64,000 bases of DNA from a virus (IMGVR_UViG_3300023174_003901:64001-128000), one strand, 5' to 3'; counted from the stretch's first letter, positions 30,013 through 38,223 are shown. Program-made: numbers and translations. The notes: generated by a model from the letters alone, not told the origin.

Positions 30013-30501
30013 TCAAACAGTTTCTGTAGTCTCAACATCTGCTTCTGCAAGGGCTTCGGACAACAGCACCAATTTCTTGTAGAAACGAGCGTCACTTGAG
30101 TATGTGTTGCCACAATACCACACACCATCTTGCATGACATAGTACCACTCACCGCCACCGTTTTCCACTTGTTCAAATAACTCCTCGAAGGTGTGGGCTA
30201 CTTTCCACTCACAGCCAGTCTCGCCGCGATCGCGACCGTAAAAAGTACACCAGTTTTCTGTGAGTGTCTTGAATGCTTCTACTTCATCAGCAAGCAAATC
30301 AAACTGACTGAACGCATGTTTCTCACCAATCTCGGCTCGTAGGCTACTCATGTCGCCCAGGGCTACCAGGTGGTTGGCTTTGGAGGAATCATAATGCTCT
30401 TGCAAAATGGCACCATTGTGTTCCAGATAGCCGTCCCAATGACAGTAAACTGACTTGGCAACTGGACCGTGCATGACTGCAATGCGACTGCGTGTACCCA
30501 T
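30013..30501 (-). CDS. Hypothetical early protein
   Basis: Start MGTRSRI downstream of sigma70 promoter. Confidence 0.7.
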   Translation of the reverse strand: MGTRSRIAVMHGPVAKSVYCHWDGYLEHNGAILQEHYDSSKANHLVALGDMSSLRAEIGEKHAFSQFDLLADEVEAFKTLTENWCTFYGRDRGETGCEWKVAHTFEELFEQVENGGGEWYYVMQDGVWYCGNTYSSDARFYKKLVLLSEALAEADVETTETV

Positions 30502-30531
30502 TTCAAACCCCTTTTTAGTTTCTATACAAGT

Positions 30532-30560
30532 ATTATAGCAAAATGGGTATTTCCAGTCAA
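30532..30560 (-). promoter_or_regulatory. sigma70-like promoter
   Basis: TTGACT-N17-TATAAT. Confidence 0.8.
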
Positions 30561-30562
30561 CC

Positions 30563-30593
30563 AAAAAAATACCCTACATTGCTGTAGGGTTTT
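30563..30593 (-). terminator. Intrinsic terminator
   Basis: accctaca-gcaa-tgtagggt-a-T7. Confidence 0.85.
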
Positions 30594-30613
30594 GATAGTA
30601 CTTGAGTATTACT

Positions 30614-31531
30614 TTAGTTGACCGTAATGTTTAACCGTTTGATATAGTTAATTTGTTCGTCAACGTAACGTTTTATGTCAACCTTTTTAATACTAAACCC
30701 AGCATCATTTAGACTTTGCACAAATTCAGTGTCGCGTTGTGCTGTGGCAATTGCCTGTTGAACTTTTGTTAATGTTTTTATTTTGTCTGTACGGTTATGA
30801 TAAATCCCCCACCAAACAGGGGTGGGAAATGTTCCTCGACCCAGTTCGGTATAAGCCGGCACTTGCGGCAACTCAGGCAACCGATTGTCTGTCAACACAA
30901 GAATTGGCTTTAAGTTTCCAGTGTTGATGTTCTGAATAGTTGTGCTAATAAAATCAATCATCACATCCACATGCCCGCCCACAACATCAATTTGGACAGG
31001 TGCAAGTCCTTTGTACCCGATTAGATTAAAATCAACACCAATACCTTTTTGCAAACTAATTGCAGCCAACCAGCCACCACTCAGTTGACCTGCATGCCCA
31101 AGAGAAACTGGTTGTTGACGACTTCGATCCACGATTGATTTTACAGTCAACAGGGCTGAATTTTTACTGGTCACCAACACCATTGGGCTGGTTCCTGTAT
31201 AGGCCAGTGGAACTAGGTCTTGATGCATTATCCAAGCAGGTGATGCAACTGCGTAGGTAGTAATAATTTGACTACTGGTATGCAACAACACCAATTCATC
31301 ACTGGACTGCCGTGTTACAAAATTAACACCTACTTGCCCACCACCACCGGGCTTGTAATCAGGAACCAATTTGATGTCATCTTTTTGCAGTGTGGTATTC
31401 AGTCGATCTATCCACATCAGTGCCAGTGATGCAGTGGCCCCACCAGGCGCAAAAGGAACAACCACTTTGACAATTTCTGTTGCATGAACAGAACAACAAA
31501 ACATCAATAATGATAAGAATAATTTTTTCAT
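30614..31531 (-). CDS. Tripartite tricarboxylate transporter substrate-binding protein (Bug/TctC family)
   Basis: Signal peptide MKKLF..; VVPFAPGG, KPGGGG, YKG.AP...DVVGGHVD, P.LP.VP, WWGI. Confidence 0.85.
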   Translation of the reverse strand: MKKLFLSLLMFCCSVHATEIVKVVVPFAPGGATASLALMWIDRLNTTLQKDDIKLVPDYKPGGGGQVGVNFVTRQSSDELVLLHTSSQIITTYAVASPAWIMHQDLVPLAYTGTSPMVLVTSKNSALLTVKSIVDRSRQQPVSLGHAGQLSGGWLAAISLQKGIGVDFNLIGYKGLAPVQIDVVGGHVDVMIDFISTTIQNINTGNLKPILVLTDNRLPELPQVPAYTELGRGTFPTPVWWGIYHNRTDKIKTLTKVQQAIATAQRDTEFVQSLNDAGFSIKKVDIKRYVDEQINYIKRLNITVN

Positions 31532-32667
31532 GATAGATAATAAGTTTTTGACCACATGCCTTTGGTACCACGAGTTATTTGATCAACGTCGTTGAGCCAG
31601 TACTCCTGTGCAATTGTTTTGATTGCATCTAAACTGAGTTTGTAAATTTCAAACTCTTTGGAAAATTCACTTTTTGTAAAAAACCATGTGTCCCGAGGAC
31701 TGGCCAGCGGAGTCAGGAATTTGCCAATGGTAAATGTATTGGTATCCCAGGTTGGGTAAATCAACTGGTTCAACGCATGAGATGTTAACCAATATTGCTC
31801 ACCGTTGATCACTTTTGCAGGAAACAATGTTTGTGTTTTGACTAGACCCGGAGTATGCTCGGTTGCACTTTCTAAAAACTTGCGCACTGCATGGGCTTGC
31901 TTGATTATTATTTTAGGCAAGTCCGGAGTCCAATAAAACAGTTCGTGTTGTTCCTCTTGGTTGGTATTACGCATGATCCCAACGTCAATATTGTTTGATA
32001 TCAAGACATCCAAAAATTTCAAACAGTAACGATTGTTTTCAAAATACACACGTGGCTTGTCTATGCCATTGATCATACCAATGGTTTTGCCCGAGTCAAG
32101 TATGCGTTGCCATTCGGGCACCTGATCTTTTATCTTTGTTAGACCTAAATGATTTGGAGTCCACATATCATTGATATCATACACCAGATCGAATTTTTTG
32201 CGTTTGTCTCCGTAGTATTTTACCACAGACTCAGTGAGGTCAACTTCTCTAAGTTTAATGTTGGGGTGTTGTTCGCACACAGCCCTGGCCACTGGCAGTG
32301 CTACATTGAATATCTCAACTTCGCCTGCCGCAAGTTTGTTTTGCGAACCTTGGTACATATGGTAGCACAATATCTCATCGACATGTATGCCGTTTTTTAT
32401 AAAACTATCTAAAATGTTGGTGCTGTCAGCACCTCCGCTGAAAAACAGCACAAGGTAGTCATACTTCTCACGCAACTGTTGAGCACGTTGACAATAAATT
32501 TCCCACAAACTTTCACTGGGCTCTTGAGTCCAATCCACAGTGCCAAACACTTCGTCGTTGAAATTCCAAGTTGGGTGTATGCCTGTTTTGTGGTGGAGTT
32601 CTATGGCCTCCATTTTGCTCACCGTGGTGAGAGATCCGATTTGATAAAATCCAAATTTTTTGTTCAT
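31528..32667 (-). CDS. PP-loop (adenine nucleotide alpha hydrolase-like) protein
   Basis: LFFSGGADS motif. Confidence 0.55.
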   Translation of the reverse strand: MNKKFGFYQIGSLTTVSKMEAIELHHKTGIHPTWNFNDEVFGTVDWTQEPSESLWEIYCQRAQQLREKYDYLVLFFSGGADSTNILDSFIKNGIHVDEILCYHMYQGSQNKLAAGEVEIFNVALPVARAVCEQHPNIKLREVDLTESVVKYYGDKRKKFDLVYDINDMWTPNHLGLTKIKDQVPEWQRILDSGKTIGMINGIDKPRVYFENNRYCLKFLDVLISNNIDVGIMRNTNQEEQHELFYWTPDLPKIIIKQAHAVRKFLESATEHTPGLVKTQTLFPAKVINGEQYWLTSHALNQLIYPTWDTNTFTIGKFLTPLASPRDTWFFTKSEFSKEFEIYKLSLDAIKTIAQEYWLNDVDQITRGTKGMWSKTYYLS

Positions 32668-32719
32668 GGTAATAATTTACCCAAGTTGTATTTTATTGCT
32701 TGTAGAAGAACTCTACTCA

Positions 32720-32806
32720 CAGCCGGCGTTCCATGTGTATCACAATGGTAAAGGAGTAGACTACTCCGAGCGTCTAAGATGCTGGCGTCGGACCTTCCGG
32801 CGTTGC
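32720..32806 (-). ncRNA. Candidate structured RNA downstream of a late promoter
   Basis: Stems gccgg/ccggc, ccga/tcgg, ggagta/tactcc, ccattgtg/cacatgg; TATAAATA at 32812-32819; strand uncertain. Confidence 0.4.
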
Positions 32807-32834
32807 AAAACTATTTATATTAACTGTTGTTAGG

Positions 32835-32996
32835 CTAATTTTTTTTGTCGTGACTTCTTGGCTGGTGTTGACGTCCATACAAGTCGGCTTGAATCACTGT
32901 GCGTTTGATTTCATTACGTTTGTTACGATCAATGTATGAAGCCAACATGACCTTGTTGGGGCGGCTCATCTTGTAAGTGGGTCCCGGTTTAAGCAT
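32835..32996 (-). CDS. 53-aa basic hypothetical protein
   Basis: Hand-translated MLKPGPTYKMSRPNK..; GGAA RBS; not in ORF track. Confidence 0.65.
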   Translation of the reverse strand: MLKPGPTYKMSRPNKVMLASYIDRNKRNEIKRTVIQADLYGRQHQPRSHDKKN

Positions 32997-32998
32997 GA

Positions 32999-33232
32999 TT
33001 AATATTTCCTGTGATGACTTGTGGTTGATAAATCTTGTTTCTTGTAGAGATAACTGCGATCCACAACACCTGCTTCGATCTCCAGCAGGGCTGTGCTGAT
33101 GTTGCTCTGTCCTGGATCGACCCGGGGCATATCGCCACGGCTGAGTTCTCGGGCACGACGACTGGCAACCAAGATTAAATCGTAACGATTGCCAATTCGT
33201 TCTACTGCTAGTTCACTGCTGAGTCTTGACAT
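32999..33232 (-). CDS. rpoZ: RNA polymerase omega subunit-like protein
   Basis: IGNRYDLILVASRRAREL..TALLEIEAG matches the omega consensus. Confidence 0.85.
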   Translation of the reverse strand: MSRLSSELAVERIGNRYDLILVASRRARELSRGDMPRVDPGQSNISTALLEIEAGVVDRSYLYKKQDLSTTSHHRKY

Positions 33233-33267
33233 GGTGTTTCCTTTGTTGATAAATAATTATAACACAC

Positions 33268-33924
33268 TTATTGAGCATGAGCAATCTCAATATAGTAGAT
33301 TTGGCATTCTTGATCTAGATGAAAGTGTTTGGGACTAGGCCAAGAATCCAGCACTTGTAGGCCAGATCGTTTGATCATGGGTTCAAAATCTGCCAAGGTA
33401 CTGCCACGTTGATTTTCTTGTAGAATGATCACACCATCAGAAGCAAGATGTTGCTTTACATGCTGAAAAAAGTTCAGGTGACTGGCCCAACCTGGATCGG
33501 CTTCAATACGTCCACCGTGATCTGCTGTGTGTACTATGGCAGTACCATATGGTTCATGTGGAGGATTGGCCACAATCAAATCAAACTGGTAGTGTATGGG
33601 CAACAGGGCCACATCTCTGAACAACAAGGCCTCCACTCGATCTACAACACCTGCCCGACGAGCAGTCTCTTTGGCCAGTTCCACAGCCGGATCGTAAATG
33701 TCGGACAACAACAGTTGTTGGCAAATGTCATGATCCAGCATACTGAAACCAATAAAGCCTGGACCAGCACACCATTCCCAGCAATGGGCAAACTGTCGTC
33801 CAGGATAGCGTTCCTTGACAACTTCGATCAGTTCCTGTCCAAACCAAGTGCCACCACCGTCAGTTTCGGGCAGGTGAAATACTGTGTATTGATTAGGTCC
33901 TGTTGTGGTAAATTCGTGTATCAT
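33268..33924 (-). CDS. Class I SAM-dependent methyltransferase (PrmC/MTS-like)
   Basis: EWCAGPGFIG; DLIVANPPH. Confidence 0.8.
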   Translation of the reverse strand: MIHEFTTTGPNQYTVFHLPETDGGGTWFGQELIEVVKERYPGRQFAHCWEWCAGPGFIGFSMLDHDICQQLLLSDIYDPAVELAKETARRAGVVDRVEALLFRDVALLPIHYQFDLIVANPPHEPYGTAIVHTADHGGRIEADPGWASHLNFFQHVKQHLASDGVIILQENQRGSTLADFEPMIKRSGLQVLDSWPSPKHFHLDQECQIYYIEIAHAQ

Positions 33925-34688
33925 AATCGTTGAGGTCGGTTGGGTTCACGCCACTCGAATGAGTGACCTGCGGTCATTGAGTCTGTTATATGTTGTGCCC
34001 AGGTTCTTGTTTCTGCACTGACCATAAACTCGGGTAGGATCCGGTCACAGTATTCAATGTGCTCCACAGGAGTAGGATGAAAGTCTCTTGTGCGTGGATC
34101 AAACCCATCTGGTATGCCCGGGCGACTACGCCAGTCAGAATTGAAAACAGTTTCGTAAACACTGGGACGTATCAGACTCAGTGTATCTTTGTAAAGTTCA
34201 GCCACGTCTTGTGTGTAACTGTTGGGATCTTCAGGATTGTGACCCAGGCCGCTGAGTTCATTTGAGTAATGTAACGGAATCATGCTAAGGAATCGATATT
34301 GGCAACCCCAATGCTCCAGCAGGTGTCGCACTGCGGTAATAATGGCCATGTCTCTAATGAAGTAGCCACGTTCACAAGCAAACTGTTCAACCCAACCTTT
34401 GGGATATTGACTGCCTGATGACCAATATACGTTGCCGCCTTCTATCCAACGATTGCCCACATAACGATCTTCTCTGGCGGTATTGGTCCACATGATCAAC
34501 ACAGTATCATCAGTACCGAGATTGTGGCGTTGGTTACATTCCAGTAGATTGTATTGTATAGCAGGGTTGCCTGTGCCACAGATGCCCCAGTTTTCAAACT
34601 GATCGAATTCCTGACCGATCATGTCTGCCCAGGTCGGCCAACGCCAGTATTGTGTAAAACTACAACCAAATGTAAAAAGTCTCCGCAT
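33921..34688 (-). CDS. Hypothetical protein, SGNH-hydrolase-like start
   Basis: FTFGCSFT; DFHPT. Confidence 0.5.
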   Translation of the reverse strand: MRRLFTFGCSFTQYWRWPTWADMIGQEFDQFENWGICGTGNPAIQYNLLECNQRHNLGTDDTVLIMWTNTAREDRYVGNRWIEGGNVYWSSGSQYPKGWVEQFACERGYFIRDMAIITAVRHLLEHWGCQYRFLSMIPLHYSNELSGLGHNPEDPNSYTQDVAELYKDTLSLIRPSVYETVFNSDWRSRPGIPDGFDPRTRDFHPTPVEHIEYCDRILPEFMVSAETRTWAQHITDSMTAGHSFEWREPNRPQRL

Positions 34689-34696
34689 GAAGGTAT

Positions 34697-34939
34697 TTAC
34701 ATTTCTGTTAGTTTAGAGATATCTTGATGCCGGACAACAATCACGTTGCGTACTTGTTGTTCATGCTTGATAGGCAGATCCAAGTGAATGGTCACTTGTG
34801 GCCCGGTGTTGTCAATCACACGATCGTTGCCCACAGTACCAACAAACGGAATCTTGTTCCAGTGTCCAAATACTCTATCGCCAATTTGGTACTTGGCTCG
34901 ATATCCAATGCGTTCAAAATAGTCTGTTTGATTACCCAT
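34697..34939 (-). CDS. Hypothetical protein
   Basis: Start MGNQTDYF just below a TATAAT. Confidence 0.6.
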   Translation of the reverse strand: MGNQTDYFERIGYRAKYQIGDRVFGHWNKIPFVGTVGNDRVIDNTGPQVTIHLDLPIKHEQQVRNVIVVRHQDISKLTEM

Positions 34940-34988
34940 ACAACATATTATACAGGAATTGTGTAAAAAATCAACGAGTTTGGTAGGA

Positions 34989-35177
34989 CTACTTTCGACG
35001 ACTGCAAGCAGGGTCTTTGCAGACAGTGCTTCGCTTGCGATCACAATCTGGGCAGTCTTTTACTCGCATCCAGTTGATCATGGATTTGGGTATTTCATTT
35101 TTACCGGGTTTTTCCCAACTGTCGCATTTGGCGTTGTATTTCATCAATGTCTCCTTGACATACATATACAACGCCAT
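34989..35177 (-). CDS. Small Cys-rich hypothetical protein
   Basis: CPDC..C...C; start uncertain. Confidence 0.4.
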   Translation of the reverse strand: MALYMYVKETLMKYNAKCDSWEKPGKNEIPKSMINWMRVKDCPDCDRKRSTVCKDPACSRRK

Positions 35178-35202
35178 AGCCCTACAAAGGGTTTACATAG
35201 TC

Positions 35203-35231
35203 AAAAAAATAGGCTCCGAAGAGCCTATTTT
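35203..35231 (-). terminator. Intrinsic terminator after tmRNA (possibly bidirectional)
   Basis: aaaataggctc-ttcg-gagcctattttttt. Confidence 0.85.
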
Positions 35232-35570
35232 GGTGGTTTCTGTTACGAGGTATTTCCTACCCTAGGCGGCTGTTAAGCGGCCAATGCGAACTGTTCGTCG
35301 TTTGCTTTTACGTTTTTTGTTGTCTTCGGCCAGGAACTCCCAACCCTACGGCTTCCACATTGCCGAGCGCCATTACCCCTACTCTTTGCCCTGTCGAAAC
35401 TATGCAGGCCCATCAAAAAAAGAAATGTAATATGATGACAAATATTAATAGTGTTATTACTACTACATCACATGTTCTACATTTGTCCATAACATATCCT
35501 CTTTTGGTGGACCTGGGGGGATTCGCACCCCCGTCCAGAACACTTTTCTTGATAACAGTTTACGCTGTTT
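35232..35570 (-). ncRNA. ssrA: Circularly permuted (two-piece) tmRNA; acceptor piece ends CCA at 35505, coding piece starts 35411; tag ANDEQFALAA* at 35305-35273
   Basis: GGGCCUG/CAGGUCC-A-CCA acceptor with G3:U70; T-arm GGGGG-UGCGAAU-CCCCC; 3' half upstream of 5' half; canonical tag. Confidence 0.92.
35413..35490 (-). CDS. Candidate 25-aa membrane micropeptide in tmRNA intervening segment (MDKCRTCDVVVITLLIFVIILHFFF)
   Basis: AGAGGA RBS; ORF fills the intervening segment and stops 2 nt before the coding piece. Confidence 0.45.
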   Translation of the reverse strand: MDKCRTCDVVVITLLIFVIILHFFF

Positions 35571-35579
35571 GAGTATTTA

Positions 35580-35873
35580 TTATTGATAAATCACTACGTC
35601 TTGGAAGTCTTCACCGTTGACACAGAGTGCGTATTCACGTTTGGCATTATAGCCTTTCTTTAGCACAACCATACCGTCTGCTGTGGTAAAGATTACTTTG
35701 GTACCAATGGTCATACGACCTAGACCCAATTCTCTACGCTCAAATTCAGGATCGTTCATGATCTTGCCACTGCCAAAATCAATACCGTTGTAAACAGCAG
35801 GCACTCGCTCGCCGTTGACCAATAGTACGTATTGGCTGTTTTTGACTAACTTGCTAGGGATAATCTTACGCAT
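35580..35873 (-). CDS. Hypothetical early protein
   Basis: 97-aa ORF, AAGGA RBS, TATAAT upstream. Confidence 0.7.
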   Translation of the reverse strand: MRKIIPSKLVKNSQYVLLVNGERVPAVYNGIDFGSGKIMNDPEFERRELGLGRMTIGTKVIFTTADGMVVLKKGYNAKREYALCVNGEDFQDVVIYQ

Positions 35874-35972
35874 GGCTGTTTCCTTTTGTGTTGCTAAGTC
35901 ATAATTATAGCATATGAACCATTAAATGGTCAAACGGAAAAAAGTAATACTCAAGTATTACATGCTACATTT

Positions 35973-36638
35973 TTAGTTGCCAGCCCAAGGGTCATTAAAT
36001 ACCGGAATCCATCCTCGATACATGGTGTTTGAAGCAATGTCTAAATCGTCTACATTGTGCTCGCTACCAACTAGTTCACGAGCATCCTCTAGAGATTTAT
36101 ACACTTGACGTACACCAGGCCCGTATTTTTGGTCAAAAAATTCTTGGTTATTTTGCGTTTGCCAAAAGTCCCGATTTGGATCATACTTGGGACCTAGTTT
36201 GGTTGTTTTGTTTAAGAAAGGAATATTGACAGGTTCGGGTGACAGTTTCTCGGTGGGAATCATAATCCAATCACTTTTGCCTACCCGCACAGTACGGACC
36301 GGACCAAATCTCGGAAAATGTCGTCGGATGGCTGGATCTTGTATTTTAGCAACGAAATTCACAAATTCAACTGGATTACTTGTGTCCTCTCTAGATCCGG
36401 GTGTGTTTTTTTTGTAAAATTTTATTACCTGATTATTTTTTTCCGCCACCACAGCATAACTACCTTTGCCTAGTGTGTTCCATCCACGCTCACGCAAGAA
36501 GTTAACTATTTCATCTTTTTCTCCGGGCCACACGCCTTGGACCCTACCTGCCGCTGGTGTCTGGACCAGGGAACTTGGGTTGGCTATCTCATTTAATACA
36601 TTAATATTAGACTCGGTGAAGATTTCTTTAAAACGCAT
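35973..36638 (-). CDS. Protein kinase-like protein
   Basis: LGKGSYAVV Gly-loop, VIK lysine, DLDIASNTM..FNDP; start MRFKE after TAAATA. Confidence 0.6.
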   Translation of the reverse strand: MRFKEIFTESNINVLNEIANPSSLVQTPAAGRVQGVWPGEKDEIVNFLRERGWNTLGKGSYAVVAEKNNQVIKFYKKNTPGSREDTSNPVEFVNFVAKIQDPAIRRHFPRFGPVRTVRVGKSDWIMIPTEKLSPEPVNIPFLNKTTKLGPKYDPNRDFWQTQNNQEFFDQKYGPGVRQVYKSLEDARELVGSEHNVDDLDIASNTMYRGWIPVFNDPWAGN

Positions 36639-36645
36639 GTAGTAT

Positions 36646-36825
36646 TTATTTGGTGCTGAGATGACACGACGCCACAATCTGTTTGTTTTGGGCCCGGAAC
36701 TCTTCACGTTTCTGGACTCGGGCCTGCTCGCATTCTGCTTGGGTTTTGAACTTGGCTTGTTCGCCATACTCAGGCACTGGCCCTAGCACACTAAACGATA
36801 ATACCCAGATCAATGTCCGGCTCAT
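36646..36825 (-). CDS. 59-aa hypothetical protein
   Basis: Hand-translated MSRTLIWVLSFSVLGP..C..C; TAAATA and GGA upstream; not in ORF track. Confidence 0.6.
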   Translation of the reverse strand: MSRTLIWVLSFSVLGPVPEYGEQAKFKTQAECEQARVQKREEFRAQNKQIVASCHLSTK

Positions 36826-36850
36826 AGCAAATTCCTAATTGTGATATTTA

Positions 36851-36926
36851 TGGTGCCCCCTCCAGGTTACGCTCCTGGCTTTCAGGATTTTCAGTCCTGC
36901 ACTTTCACTAGATTAGTTTAAGGGGC
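36851..36926 (-). tRNA. tRNA-Phe(GAA)
   Basis: Cloverleaf, CCA, variant T-loop AGCGUAA. Confidence 0.9.
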
Positions 36927-36929
36927 AAC

Positions 36930-37004
36930 TGGCGGGTCCTGCAGGAATCGAACCCACATCTCCAAGTTCGAAGCATGGCATTCTATCCATTGAACTAAAG
37001 ACCC
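36930..37004 (-). tRNA. tRNA-Arg(UCG)
   Basis: Cloverleaf, CCA. Confidence 0.9.
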
Positions 37005-37012
37005 ATAAGTAA

Positions 37013-37717
37013 ATGATGACAGAATTCATATACACCTTAATCGCAACACACATCACCATAGCATGTGTTACACTGTACCTGCATCGCGGACAAGCACATC
37101 GATCAGTGACGTTTCATCCTGTGATCGAACACTTTATGCGAGCCTGGCTATGGCTCACAACAGGCATGGTCACCAAGCAATGGGTGGCCATACACCGCAA
37201 GCATCACAGATACAGTGATCGAGCCGGTGACCCACACTCACCACATGTGTATGGGATTGGGCAGGTATTTTTTAAAGGAGCGATGTTATATCATGCGGCA
37301 TCAAAAGATAAAGATATGGTTAGTACATATGGTCGTGGCACTCCTGCTGATTGGGTGGAGCGCAACATATACACTCCTCACAGTAGACTTGGCATTGGCC
37401 TGGTCCTTGTGTTCAACACCTTGATATTTGGTTGGTGGGGTATACTCGTCTGGGGCATTCAAATGATCTGGATTCCACTCTGGGCCGCGGGAGTTATCAA
37501 CGGCCTAGGTCATTGGGCAGGATATAGGAACGGAGAAACTCGTGATCTCAGTCGTAATCTTGTGCCTTGGGGCATTGTGGTTGGCGGTGAGGAACTACAC
37601 AACAATCATCACCTGGATCCGGCTAGTGCTCGCCTTAGTAGGCGTTGGTGGGAGTTTGACATAGGTTGGATGTATATCTGCATCTTTAAGAACCTAAGAT
37701 TGGCCACTGTCAAATAA
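37013..37717 (+). CDS. Membrane fatty acid (acyl-CoA/lipid, delta9-like) desaturase
   Basis: His boxes HRGQAH, HRKHH, HNNHH; TM segments; WWEFD. Confidence 0.9.
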   Translation: MMTEFIYTLIATHITIACVTLYLHRGQAHRSVTFHPVIEHFMRAWLWLTTGMVTKQWVAIHRKHHRYSDRAGDPHSPHVYGIGQVFFKGAMLYHAASKDKDMVSTYGRGTPADWVERNIYTPHSRLGIGLVLVFNTLIFGWWGILVWGIQMIWIPLWAAGVINGLGHWAGYRNGETRDLSRNLVPWGIVVGGEELHNNHHLDPASARLSRRWWEFDIGWMYICIFKNLRLATVK

Positions 37718-37718
37718 T

Positions 37719-37792
37719 TGGTGCTCTCACCGGGTAACGATCCTGGGTTTCTACATTACCAATGTAGTGTAATGCCTTTATACTATGAGAGC
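37719..37792 (-). tRNA. tRNA-Thr(GGU)
   Basis: Cloverleaf, CCA, T-loop AUCGUUA. Confidence 0.9.
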
Positions 37793-37799
37793 AATGAAA

Positions 37800-37983
37800 T
37801 AAAGAAAGCACTACCTGATGTTTAAGGGTGCGGAATACATGTCTGCACTCCCTTCCCTCCAGCAACATGACACGACTGTGACTGGCAGTCTACCGCGGCT
37901 TTCGCCCGTTCAGAGGCGCTGGATCTAATAAGGTCCCTGGTAGTTAGGCCCATAGTCAATGAGTTTCTAACACGCTTTCTTTA
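37800..37983 (-). ncRNA. Candidate ~184-nt structured RNA
   Basis: 12-bp closing stem (2 G-U pairs on minus strand), GAAA tetraloop hairpin, more stems. Confidence 0.5.
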
Positions 37984-37990
37984 CTCAACT

Positions 37991-38011
37991 TGGAGCGGGA
38001 TATTATCCCGC
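37991..38011 (-). pseudogene. tRNA acceptor-stem minihelix/remnant
   Basis: GCGGGAU-AAU-AUCCCGC-U-CCA. Confidence 0.45.
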
Positions 38012-38017
38012 ATTGCT

Positions 38018-38107
38018 TGGCGGAACGTTAGGGAGTCGAACCCTATCAGCGGCTCGTCACCACCGCGGGATTAGCAATCCCGTGCCTTACCATCCGGCCC
38101 ACGTTCC
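38018..38107 (-). tRNA. tRNA-Ser(GCU)
   Basis: Long variable arm, CCA. Confidence 0.92.
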
Positions 38108-38115
38108 TCTATGTA

Positions 38116-38144
38116 ATTATACTGCAATCAATCTCTGTTGTCAA
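38116..38144 (-). promoter_or_regulatory. sigma70-like promoter inside tRNA array
   Basis: TTGACA-N17-TATAAT. Confidence 0.85.
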
Positions 38145-38147
38145 TTC

Positions 38148-38223
38148 TGGAGCGGAAGGCGAGATTCGAACTCGTCTATTTCAGTTTGGAAGACTGACGT
38201 GTAACCCAAAACACTTCATCCGC
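38148..38223 (-). tRNA. tRNA-Gly(UCC)
   Basis: Cloverleaf, CCA. Confidence 0.88.

Noticed and set aside
31528-32667. QueC completing the preQ0 pathway
   Set aside because: It has SGGxDS but lacks the QueC zinc-binding Cys cluster, is larger, and is far from the que genes.
35973-36767. Extended 264-aa kinase ORF start at 36767
   Set aside because: The extension overlaps the separate 59-aa ORF; TAAATA lies directly before ATG 36638.
37800-37983. 6S RNA call
   Set aside because: The size fits, but I could not build the long rod with a central bubble; left as an unnamed candidate.
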